Source: Nageia nagi
Lineage: Eukaryota; Plantae; Pinophyta
Length of the DNA: 64,000 bases
Reading direction: 5' to 3'
NCBI GenBank assembly: GCA_050084985.1
Contig: JBITNC010000002.1
Span: 35,960,001 to 36,024,000, forward strand
Both the position numbers and the translations under genes were made by a program. The notes beneath the pieces are model-generated. The model saw nothing but the letters and a program-made list of their open reading frames with translations, did no database searches and was not told the origin of the DNA. Of this stretch, positions 38,260 to 49,916 are shown piece after piece (position 1 is the stretch's first letter; each line of letters begins with the position of its first letter).

Positions 38260-41200
38260 GTATTGTATTTTATTTTCCCTCTTTTTGATCTATTGTAATG
38301 TTTTTTTTCTTTGTCAATTGTGTTTGCTAGTTTATATTTAATGGATCAGTGTTTTTATATTTGATTTATCTTAATGTTTGTGAATAAATTTGCTTACAAA
38401 TTTTATTATATTGAGTTTTTAAGATCATCTTTACTGAGTTTGCTATTTGATTTGTCATAATGTTTGTGTGCTTTTTTAACGGATGAGTTTGTTATTTGAT
38501 TTGTCAAAATGTTTTTTTATTTTGTTAATTTGGCATTTTTTTATGGATAAATTTGCATGGAGGTTATTCGGTTATGGTCTTATGAAGGATTTGCATCCTA
38601 GGTTATGAGAGGGTTCATGTTGCTTCCTAGGTTTGGGGATGGTTAATATTGTTGTTAGGATATGAAGGATTTTTTCTAGGGTATGGGGGTGTTGATAATG
38701 CACTTTAGGTTATGGGAGGATTTGAACCTATATCAGGCATTTAAGCAGTTACGTGTTCGTTAACTTCATTTCGTTAGTTTTTTTAATGAAAGTTCTCCCA
38801 TTTGCATAAGGGGTTTGCATGCAGCAACTTTGCAAAAAGCTATATTATAGAACATGCAATGTGGATTTTTCTTGTTCTGGTTTGATTTTGGGGAAATAAG
38901 ATGAATAAAACATGTGGGACATGTTATAGCTGGGAATCTTGAACCTTCTTAGGTAGTTGTAGCGCTCCTTGCAATGAAGGTGGATGACTTATGTGTAGAT
39001 AAATTGTTAAATTGTAACTGATCTAAGAAATATAATCAATTGTTTTATAATAATTATGATCGTCGTTATTATAAATGATTTAGGATTAGAATAATTTTGG
39101 GAGTAAGTTATTGAGGCGATCTACGATTCAATTTCTGCCTGGTAGAAATTTTATTCAACTTTTGTTCAAATTGTTTTTGTTCAGTTTTGATCTGAGCGAA
39201 AGATGTAAAATTAAACACATGGGACATGTTGTAGCTTAAAATCTTGCTCTTATTAGTGGTTATAGCATTCCCTTCTAGTAATGTTGTTAGATGAAGATTA
39301 GATAAATTGTACCAACTAAGAAAAATACACCTGTTAATGCTATATAATTATTATTCTAAATGCTCTAGAATTACTGCCAGCAATTTTTTTTCATGAGAGT
39401 GTTGAGAGCTTATAAAATTTGTAAACTGCTTCCATATATCTATTTAAAATATAGAACAAGCAACCAGCTTTAATGCTTATCATCATGGTCTATCTGAAAA
39501 AATGTTCCATAGACTTGAGAATTAGTTGGAATGGAAAATTTAGGGCATTGCCAAAGCCCTCTTGCAAAATGGCTTTAAAATATAGGCAAAAAAAAAAACA
39601 AAAAACAAAAGCAAAGGATCACCTGGTATGAGAACTTTGGAGTGTTTAGCAACAAACTAGGAGTGTGTGTGTCCATTGAAAGAACTATTCATTATTGGAA
39701 GAAAATTCCTGAGATATCTTATGTCCTCATATTTCACACTTCAGGCATTTGTATACCAGGAGGAATCTTGATTTATCATCTATATCTCTCATTGTATTAT
39801 GAATCTGTACAGGATTGATATTCATTACGAGTTCTTAGAGCAGATTGTTGTTAATTGATTAATTGGCTCCTTTGTTAAGGGTCAAACTTTTGGTTTATAA
39901 ACTTTGAAATTAGCTTCTATGCTATGTTTTTTTTTCTGTATCATGCATCTTACAACAATTTACAAATGCCTTAAGACTTAATCACTTATGCTGAAAGTAT
40001 TCAAGATCTATGCCATTTCAGATGAATAGAATAGATTTTCTGTTTACCTTTGCTCCTACATGGCACAGTCATCTTCTTTTCTACCCCGCCTTTCTCAACA
40101 CTAACTTCTTGTAATAGGCCTAGTTTTTGTTTCTTATTTCTCAAAAAAAGACTGTATTTGGTGATTATTCTTCCTATGTATGCTCATCTTCTTGAAGAAA
40201 AATTCCACAAGGAGCTTAGGAGGAAAGTTATCACTTTTTGTCTTTTTCAGGCATTTCCAATTTTTCTCCCCTGAGTTTCAACCCTTTTTCTTGTGGTCAC
40301 TATTAAGGTGTGTAATTAGAACACAACAATGCAAAATGGAGATAAGAAGTAAGTCAAGTATGGTGAATGAAATCCACAAATGCAGAATCTAATTCTAAGT
40401 TCTAACAAAATTGATTATTGGGATCCTGGTCCTACTGTTAATTTGTTAGCTAGGGTAGTTTTGTTGGTGTTTTTTATTTTGTTAGTAACATCTGTTTTAA
40501 AACATGAATGATTGCGTATTTTGATGGTCTCCAATGACCACAATTGCAATTTGCAATGTTTAACAGTTTGGAGATGAAGTGCTTTGAGAAAAAGTTTATT
40601 CTAGCATGTTTTTTTATTTTTTCTGTTTCCATTCTATGTTTGACAAAGAGGAGAATATACATGTTTTGCATTTCTCAAACATATATTTGGGCATGAAATA
40701 AGTGTTCTGTTGATGTCGCAGATTTCAACTAGTCTGTATTTTAAGAGAATTTATTTTTTTTCATTTCAAGTCTTTTTTGCCACATGTTTGGGTTGGCATC
40801 TAGTTAATTTGATTTATTATAAAACAATTGTTTGATCTTTTGTTTTTGTGTTTGATTATCTGATAATTTTGGTTAGCTTTTAGTATTTAAGATCTTGCAG
40901 TTTTGGTCGGAAATTCATCATTTGGCACATTGTGCAGCAACAGTGGAGTGTACCAAGTGCTTTGCATTCTCAGGCTGCATATTTCAATCCCTTGGATGAA
41001 CCTAGTCCACTAGGTTTGACACTACGAAAAACACCTTCCTTATTGGACCTTATTCAGTTTAAACTTTCTCAAGAGGATCCAACATCTTTGAGAAATACAA
41101 ACACTCTAAACCAGGATGCAGGGAAAAGAAAGGATGCGAGGTCTGCTGCAGCACAGGCAAGTGCTGATAAGCTGAAGGCCTCCAACTTCCCTGTATCAAT

Positions 41201-44200
41201 TTTGAGGATTGGGACTTGGGAGGTAAGAGATTTTAAATGTGAAACAATAGCATGATATTGCCTTCAAAATCTGGATGGATCAACTTTAAAGAGTTTATAT
41301 TTTGTCAAAGGACATATGGACTTACAAATTTCTTTGCTACTAGTGTATATCAAGATATGAAGGGGACTTGGTGGCAAAGTGTTATTTTGCAAAGCATAAG
41401 CTGGTATGGGAGGTGCTTGATGGTGGCCTAAAGAGCAAGATAGAGATTCAATGGTCTGATATTACAGCTCTTAAAGCAAGCTGTCCTGAGAATGAACCTG
41501 GAACCTTAGACATTGAGGTAGGAAAATTAATCATTTATGTGATTCTAAAGGAACTTTCATTTAATTGTTGTACTAAATTATCTTGCTGGCTTTTACAGGT
41601 ATCCAGGCCACCACTGTTCTTCAAGGAGACAAATCCTCAGCCAAGAAAGCATACGTTGTGGCAGGCTACCTCTGACTTTACAGGAGGACAAGCTACTGTA
41701 TGCCGGTTAGTAGGTCTACCTGCATTCTTGTTATGTTTCACTAATAGGACTAGACACTTGATGCCCTACAATAGCAGAATCAGGCTGTAGTGTTGCAATG
41801 TTGTTTCTCAGGGATGAAGCTAATATACATGCATTTTTGTTGGAGAGTTTTTTTTTACTGGATTGTCTGTTTGTATTTTCGTGTCCAAATGGGGCTTTTC
41901 CAAAGGGATGTTCGTCAAGTTGAAGTACATGGTGGTGATGAACACTTGTCTATATATTGTAATTACTGTTCATTGACTAAGGTAGCTGAGTTGGATTATT
42001 AATTAGAATACTTAATCAGTGTGACTGAAACACCAAAGCTAGCTAACAAAGATATGTATCATTGTATTGTATATCTTCTAACATCCTATTTCAAATTCTG
42101 ATGGGGATAGCAGGAGGGTTTTAAATTGCTTTCTCAGTTATATGTGCCTGTTCTAACTCTAGAATCTTTTTAAGTTAACATTTGGGACACTGAGGAATGT
42201 TTTTGTATTTTTCTTTTCCTGTATCAAATGCTGGGTTTTTAGTCATGCATTGGAAACATCTTAGTCTAACAGTATAGTCTAGAAGATTAGGAAATTCCAT
42301 GTATATTTTTCCTGTATTTCAAGTTTTACTTTTTTGTCATGTAAAGACAGTCATCCGGCATCTCATGCATCTGACATACATCAGGTGTTTGTTAGGCTTT
42401 GTCTATACTACCACAGAATCGACCCCATTGGTACACTGAGAAAACTAACTTGTCTGTGCACGGGGAAGGTGGGGTCCACCCGTTTTCTGGCAATCTGAAG
42501 TGGATAAACGCATGTTATTTATCAACTGCAAATTTTTAAATTGTATTGGCTGAGAGAGGGTTTTGATGAAATCATGGATGGTATAGTGGTTAGATCAATG
42601 GCTTGGAAACCCAGTGTTGCGAGTTCAGATCCTGCTGCTCACTTTTGGAAAAAAAATTTGTTGCATGCTTTTGGGACTTGGTTTTATTTGGGACATAGTT
42701 TAAATGCCTGGCGTTCATCACTGAGTAATCGACAGGCGTTTATCCAATTAATGTCGCCGGAAAATGGCTGAACCCACCAAGCTGACAGTGTCAGGTGTAT
42801 GAGGGGGTCGATTTTGTGGTAGTATAGACAACGCCGTATTTGTTATATAAAGAAGTTTTGTTCACAAAGGTTTTGCCACATGTATATTGGTTTCAATTTT
42901 CAAACACTCCAGAAAATCTGGAGTCCTGTAAGCTCAACAAATTAGCACATTCAAATTCTTCAAATGTCTTAACTTTGGAGAAAGTTGTCAATATCAGTAT
43001 ACTATTAGCCACTTTAAAGATTAAGAACATATAGTTTTGCTAGATTTGTTCATTTCAACCTTGAATATTGTATAATTATCATTATTATATTTTCCAAGAT
43101 TCTATGATTTGCACTTTGAATTTTAATGCTGGCCAATTCTTGAAATTGTAGTATTCAGTTATTGCTACACAAATATCATGCTTCTGGAGATGTGTTTGTT
43201 TACAAATACTTTCCCAAAATCCACTTAAGGCCCATTGATCTATTTTAGCCCACACATTGGCTCATTAGCCTGGTTTGTGGAAACAAGGATCTTATTCTTG
43301 CCAGCTAAGAGGGTCAAGTATTTAATTTGTTTTTTGTACTTGAAGTTAATCTTAGAATCATGCAGCTAATTTATAGTATTCAAACGAAAATGCACAATAT
43401 ATTTTCTATTTTCATTGATAGATATCCATCCATAAATCTTACTCATAGAAATGGTTTTTAAAATCAGTTGTTGATTAAATGGATTCGGATAATTTTTGAT
43501 GACCTAAGCTCAGCCACATAACATAGAATAAAAGAGAAGTTTAGTTATTAATTGTAAATGAATTCATTGATCATTGAAAGCAAGAAATGCTGATTTTGTC
43601 AAATCCTCTGTATTCAATGATTCTAATCTATTTCTATGCATTACAGGAGACATTTCCTACAGTGTCCTCACGGATTGCTCAATAGGCACTATGAAAAACT
43701 TATCCAATGTGATCATCGTTTGAACTTGCTGAGCAATAAACCTTTCATAAGCAGTGATCCTCCATATTTTGATTCCAGAAGTGCAGTCTTTCAACGCCAG
43801 AATGAGCACTTCTATGGTAATGTCTATAACAGTGAATCTCATGTGTTACCACATTATGATTATTTGAAAAATGAGTATATTGCACCCTTTTCACGTTTCC
43901 CAGATGCACCACCTCCTCTGCCTCAAATGCTGGTACCTAAATGTGAACCGTCAGAACCAGAGGCCAGTACTGAGGATTCTACACACCAAGAAACAACCTC
44001 ACCTAGTTCAGGTATGTTTAATGGTCTGCTATTAATCATGCATTTACATGATCTTTTTTTGTCAACTTTTTTTTGTAAGTGTAAGATAAAAAGTTTAGCA
44101 GATGCTTGTTAAGTAATTTATTCATTTTTAAAGTCTTAAAGAGTTTAATTCTTTATGAGATTGAAATCAATGGTATTATTATTATCATCAGTAATGGATT

Positions 44201-44904
44201 CACGGGCAATTGAAGATCATGGCAGCAGTGATAATGATGAGCTGAACATGAAAGGATCCAAACATTCTGAGCAATTAAGATTTTTGGAGGCTTTGGATGG
44301 ATTGTCAGATCAAGGATCTGGATTAGCGTTTTCAACATCCATGAGCAACTTGGTAAATCAAATAGGTATATGCTTCCAAGAACAGAGACCAGTTGGCAAC
44401 TTTTTTTCTACAGGTGAAGACACCTCGGCATCAAACAAAAAGATACTTGATGCCATTGCTCAACATTTGCTGAGTGATTGTCTTCTATCATCAGCATGTG
44501 ATGAGCAATCAATTATTGCAAGAGTTAACTCCATGTGTTCTCTTCTTCAAAAAGATGTGCCTATTGAGCATGCGTCCGAGATGAATGCAGGAAAGGCTGA
44601 AGAGCCAATCATAAGCTACAGTATGCGGAGTTGCTCAAATCTAGACGGTGAAGATGACAATGAAATAGGCGATGACAGATCTGCACTTTCACAGATGGAT
44701 GATCTTGTTTCTTCTCATGTGGTTGAGAACAGTTCTGTGGACTCTAAGCGCTCAACTGTAATGTCTAGGAAAGAGTCCTCAGGCGATTTGCTCCTGCATC
44801 TTCCTCGGATTGCATCCCTTCCCCAGTTTTTTATTCAGGCTCCAGATGAGCTAGGGACAAGGAATGAGTCAAATGGGATGGTGGGAGGCACCCACCTGAG
44901 ATAA
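38053..44904 (+). CDS. TRF2/HOY1 PH-like domain protein, At2g24100 (ASG1)/At4g30780 family homolog, 616 aa, 6 exons
   Basis: join(38053-38259,40938-41222,41344-41517,41599-41705,43647-44011,44192-44904) = 1851 nt, all GT-AG introns with consistent phases. Conserved motifs EPSPLGLTLRKTPSLLDLIQ, KLKASNFP, SRYEGDLVAKCYFAKHKLVWEVL, PLFFKETNPQPRKHTLWQATSDFT, SPSSVMD and MSRKES..DLLLHLPRIASLPQF. Confidence 0.93.
40938..41222 (+). CDS. Exon 2
   Basis: TGTGCAG| acceptor; ends IGTWE|GTAAGA. Confidence 0.9.
41344..41517 (+). CDS. Exon 3
   Basis: CTAG|CISRYEGDLVAK...GTLDIE|GTAGGA. Confidence 0.93.
41599..41705 (+). CDS. Exon 4
   Basis: TTACAG|VSRPPLFF...QATVCR|GTTAGT (phase 2). Confidence 0.93.
42395..42835. 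mobile_element. Tourist-like (PIF/Harbinger) MITE, 441 bp, in intron 4
   Basis: 32-bp TIRs GGC[T/G]TTGTCTATACTACCACA[G/A]AATCGACCCC (30/32 match). Flanks TTA/GTA fit a TTA TSD with one change. Confidence 0.88.
42572..42646 (+). other. tRNA-derived Pol III promoter-like segment inside the MITE (not a functional tRNA)
   Basis: A-box TGGTATAGTGG at 42579-42589, B-box-like GAGTTCAGATCC at 42621-42632 with tRNA spacing, then TTTT at 42643-42646. Stems pair poorly. Confidence 0.6.
43647..44011 (+). CDS. Exon 5
   Basis: TTACAG|RHFLQC...TSPSS|GTATGT (phase 1). Confidence 0.92.
44192..44904 (+). CDS. Exon 6
   Basis: CATCAG|VMDSR...GGTHLR* (TAA at 44902-44904). Confidence 0.92.
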
Positions 44905-47900
44905 CAATTATTTCCGGGGACTTGGGTGAGAGGCTTATTGTTTCCTATGACTAGAGCTGGATGCTTATTGCCATATATATTTGGATATGTACAGGATCTT
45001 AGATGATTGAATCGACATAACTCATTTTGGTCTTTTTAAACTTTCTTGCTTTCCAAGCAAATGCTAAGCTTATCAATATATGTAAGCACTGTGTTTGAGG
45101 CATCTGTACAGGGAGGAAATGGGGAGAGTCTTTGGCATGATAATTCAAATTCTTGTTGTTTTTTGACTTGTACTTTTGTACAGTGCACCCTCAAGTACAG
45201 TTGTAAGATAATAAAATACCAGGCCTTGTTTATTTGAATGTGTAAACTATTTGATCTCACTGTTTCATCTTGACATGCCATCCGTTTCCCTGATTGTCAC
45301 TAGTAATGAAGATATCATTTTTTCTTTTATCTGATTTGATCTTGTTGAACATGAATATACTTGTGAATGCAGCATGGCCTATGCATATGTTCCATAGCCT
45401 TAAATGTTGATAGAAACAATGCATTCTGCAATACAAGCTGGTCTATTAGTGGGATAGACTAGTTTGTGCATGCAACTGAAACAATACCCGATGACAATGT
45501 AATCCAAATAGTATTTAATTCAATCAGTTTATTTTTATTTTCTAAGAACATCTATGTTATCATTTTTAGCAGTCATCTAGTTATTAGTATAGAAGAACAA
45601 ATTCTGAATATCCATTTGCATTGTTTCCTAGATGTTCTTAAGCCTTGCGTCTTGAGAGTTGCTATTGGAATCATTTGTATCACATAACCTCTCTACCTTG
45701 GAGTTTGGTAATTCTATAACTGGGTAAGTTAAATCAAACAGTGAAGTATCCTTTTGACTCTTGAGAATAACATCCAGAGTACAAATTTAAAGACATTAAA
45801 TTACTATGTTTGATCTGTACTAGAAAATGTATGTAATAAAACAGAATCTATGAGATATTTTGCACTCTTCATATCATGTACCAAATATTCAATCTGCATG
45901 AGGAAGTCTCTTGTAGTCTTTGTAACATGAGGGGACTGCGGTGCACCCTGCAATATAAGCTAAAAGGTGAGCCAGAAAAGAACGCTTGGGCTATAAGCTG
46001 AGTGAAAGTTTACCCTCAGGAAAACATGAATATATCATGTGATGAGTGGGATCTTGTCCACTAGACTATTTCTGCTAATGCATATGGTGAGGTGTTTCTC
46101 ATAGTTCTTGCTAAAATTGGCAGTTGTTATTCGTTCAAACAATTACCACTTTTTGCCCATCCCAATTGCTACTGTAATGAACAATCTCTTTGCAAGTGTT
46201 TTAAAAGGTTGCACTTTTTGTCCTCCAAAATAATAAAAGAGCATCTAGACATGTATAAAATTGGATTCTTTATTCTTTGAGGAGAATTTTAATCCGCTTG
46301 TATTGTTTAAATTCTATTTTTCATTCTTTGGAGGAGAATTTTAATCTGCTTGTCTTGTTTCTTCATCTTCTCTTTCCTCGAGGAATATTTGTAAGATACT
46401 TCCCAAGTTTGTCCAATCACAAGTTTAATTACTTTTCGCATTACTTGGAAAACATAGTGGAAAATTGACAAACAGATTTGTGGAGTTAAATATAATTGGC
46501 AGAAACTATCTCCAAGCACTTTGCATTTATTGCATATGTTAAATCCATCTTTGTGCAGGACTTCAAAATGTGAGCTTTGTTCATAAAACCACTTTCTGTA
46601 GGTGTGTGCCATGAATTATTTTCATCTGTTAAGTTAATATTCCAATGTCAATTTTTCTAAAATTTATTGCAATTTGGTGCAAGACTTTACAACTTGAGCT
46701 TTGTTTCTGAAGTCACTTCTCATAGGTGTATGTGAGAAAATGTTCTCGTCATTTAGTTAATGTTCTAATATTAGATGCATACAAGCTAATATTAATGTTC
46801 CAGTTAATATTCTAATACTTAATGCAACCTAACGCAATACTTTAAAAGCTAAGCTTTGTTTATGGAATCACTTGTCAAAGTGGCATGACAGTAATAAATT
46901 TTCATCCTTTAGTTAATATTCTAATATTCATTGCATGTGATATTTCTAACTGCAAATAGAGTCCCACCTTAACCCATTTGGAGCATGACCGCTACTATTT
47001 ACTGTTTTTTATATCTCACAGATATGTATTTAGCATTTGAGACACTAGTCAATTAGTATTTCAACTATTTTTATCCAAAGAACTGAAGCATCAAATTATG
47101 CATCCCCAGATACGAGCACACAATCATGTCTGTTAAATGACCTGAGGTGCAACATTGAAGCCGGATGTCTTTGTTTGGATGATTGATGTTTCTTTTTCGT
47201 AGTCTTCTTTTGATATGAAATGAACTTTTTCAAAGAGTGCATGGCAGTGCTTCTCTTCGTGTAAACATTCGCCAAAGGTCTTTTATGTCATGGATTGAAT
47301 GCATCTAGCAGATTTTACAGGGTAGAATTTAGAGCAATGGCTTTTCCAGACAAACGTATTTCTCTCCAAGATTCCCATTTGCTTTCAGTAAAACTTAATT
47401 TTCTAAGATTATTTTTAATTGTTGATCTGTGGTACTGTATGGCATTCAACTCTTATTGGTGCACTTATGGGCCATGTATAAGGTGGTACATTGGTCGAAT
47501 TTTCTTGACTCTGTAACAAAGTCAAATTATTGCAGTTAAATTCTACTTCCTACCTCATTGACAGAACGAAGAAATTTTGTTTCAGAAGATATATCTGATC
47601 ATCTCTATCTTATAGAATGTTTATTGAAGCCAAACAACTTAGTCTTGTGGTATGGATAGTTAAGACTCTTAACCCACAAAAGAATAGTTTCCGACACACT
47701 TGGTTGTGGGTAAAGAAAGACATATTATCAAATAGGTATTACCTTCTACAATTTACTTCCAAAAGTTAAGGATGGGCAAAATTGCAAACCCCAGAAACCC
47801 ATGGAAATCAAACACTAATAGTATGTGAAAGGTAAATTAGCTATATGACACAACTCCGATTACACTTTATGTGCCATGGTTTGGTAACTCCGTAACATCT

Positions 47901-48966
47901 GAAACTCTGAATGTGTCAGAGAAACAGCCAAGAAAAATTCTAGATAACATGCCAATGGGTACAAACTAACAAACTCAAAACTTCTTGGTTCCAGGTGTCT
48001 CGTGCTTATATGAACCCCAGGTTTGAATGAATGTTAACACAAGAAACCACAGATTGTTCATATAGACATATATTGTTCAAGCAAAACAAATAAAACACGA
48101 TGCTTGATTGTCTTTTAGTTTCAGTATTGTTTGTATATTATTATTGCTGCAACGCACCCTAAGCTGTAGAAGTTTGGGACTTTGATTGATGCAATTGATC
48201 TTTTGCTGCATTGGCTATGCCATAAAGAATATCATGACCACATTTATCACTTCTATTGAATCTGTTGCAAAAATGTGTACAGGACATCTGTATTTAGTTT
48301 TAACTAGAAAATCTGTTATATAATGGAACCACGGTGCATTAGATGCATAAACAAATGACATTGACATACGAAGGCTTCATTTTTGTTTCTTTATATTTAG
48401 CTTTTAGGAATGTCATCTGTTATATAGTGTGACACCATGGCACATTATGTGCATCGTAAAATGACATTTCGCAAATGATGGCTTCTGAATAAGCTGTAAT
48501 CTTCTTGGTCATATGTATTTGATTATGATTTTTCGTCATATATATATTTGCTTATGATTTTTCTAGTTGTGTCTTTGTTTAAGCATATTTTGGAGTTGCT
48601 ACCGTGAAGGAAACATTAACACTGTTGTGTTTATCGTTATATGTAAGATAGACTGCTTTTGAAGCTATAAGATGGTAAAATATGTCACAACTGCCTGAAG
48701 CATTGAGTGAATACTGGAAACGCCTGCATTTGGCACTAAGATTAGAATGCAAATGTCATGGTCCTTGTGTAGTCACAGTTAAGCTGGTTTGACTATAGGC
48801 CTACTAGTCTTTTGAGAATGAGAGTTTTTTTATCAAGTTTTTACCAACATGTCTTTCAACCTTTTGAGCAGAGCCTAAAATAAATCAAATCTTTATTTCA
48901 TTGTAAAGTATTTGTTCAACGTTTTTTAAATGATAGAGGATATTTTTTGTACTTAATGACTGCGAA

Positions 48967-49545
48967 ATTGTTTTTGTTGAAGCCTTCAAATATGAAGTGT
49001 ACAGCTTGTGGTAACATTTTGCATGAGCCACAAGCTCGTTCTTTGTTGGCAAAATTTTGTTTTAAAGTTTTTTTTAGAAATATAAAAGGTTTATCGTTTT
49101 ATAATTAGAAAACGTTTTTTTTTTTGTTTTTTTTTGTTTTTATTTATGGTGAGGAAGAGGTTTTGAAATTTCTTGAACTTTTTTATATTTGAGTTTGTCA
49201 TGCACTGCCCGAGTAACATTTGATGCATATCTTTGTCTGTAAGTGGTGGTAATTGAACTTGAGGCACCTTCAAATTTGTTTTTATTGAAGCCTCTTCATA
49301 TATGAAGTGTACAGTTTGTGCAACATTTTGCATGAGCCACAAGCTCATTCTTTGTTGGGAATTTTTTTTGAAGTTTTTTTTGGAAATATAGAAGTTTTTT
49401 TTTTTTTTTAATAATTAGAAAAATAGGAAAATGTTTTAAGGGTTTTGAAAGATTTTTTGAACTTTTTTACATTTGGGTTTGTCATGCATCATGTCCATGA
49501 TATTTGATGCATATCTTTATATGTAAGTGGTGGATTTGAACTTAG
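48967..49545. repeat. Diverged tandem duplication of ~310 bp
   Basis: TTGAAGCC..TATGAAGTGTACAG..CATTTTGCATGAGCCACAAGCTC..GTAAGTGGTGG occurs twice. Confidence 0.85.
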
Positions 49546-49849
49546 GATTCCATTTACAACAATTGAGAGCTTCCACATCCAATGTTCACCAATTCCTCTA
49601 ACAAAGTGGAGATAGGCAAATGTTTTTTATTGAAAAAATTTACATTAAAAGAGCATTTTTTATTGGTGGGTTTTAGGGTGTTTTAATATTTTACTATCAT
49701 CAACATTTTAATATATTTTGTTTATGATTATTTTTTATGATGCATTGCATTATTATTTTTTATGATGTACTACATTGTTTTCTAAGATAGGAGTTTTTTG
49801 ATGTCCTTTTAAACCCATTGATTTGTAGGATCTACAAAAGTTTGTTCAT

Positions 49850-49851
<2 letters not shown>

Positions 49852-49892
<41 letters not shown>

Positions 49893-49916
49893 ATATATAT
49901 ATATATATATATATAT
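49852..49916. repeat. Compound (GT)n(AT)n microsatellite
   Basis: Direct inspection. Confidence 0.98.

Noticed and set aside
42572-42646. Functional tRNA gene
   Set aside because: The acceptor, anticodon and T stems do not pair properly; kept only as a tRNA-derived segment.
49500-49600. SINE-like remnant (AAGTTCAAATCC on the minus strand)
   Set aside because: A B-box-like motif only, without a convincing A-box, tail or TSD.
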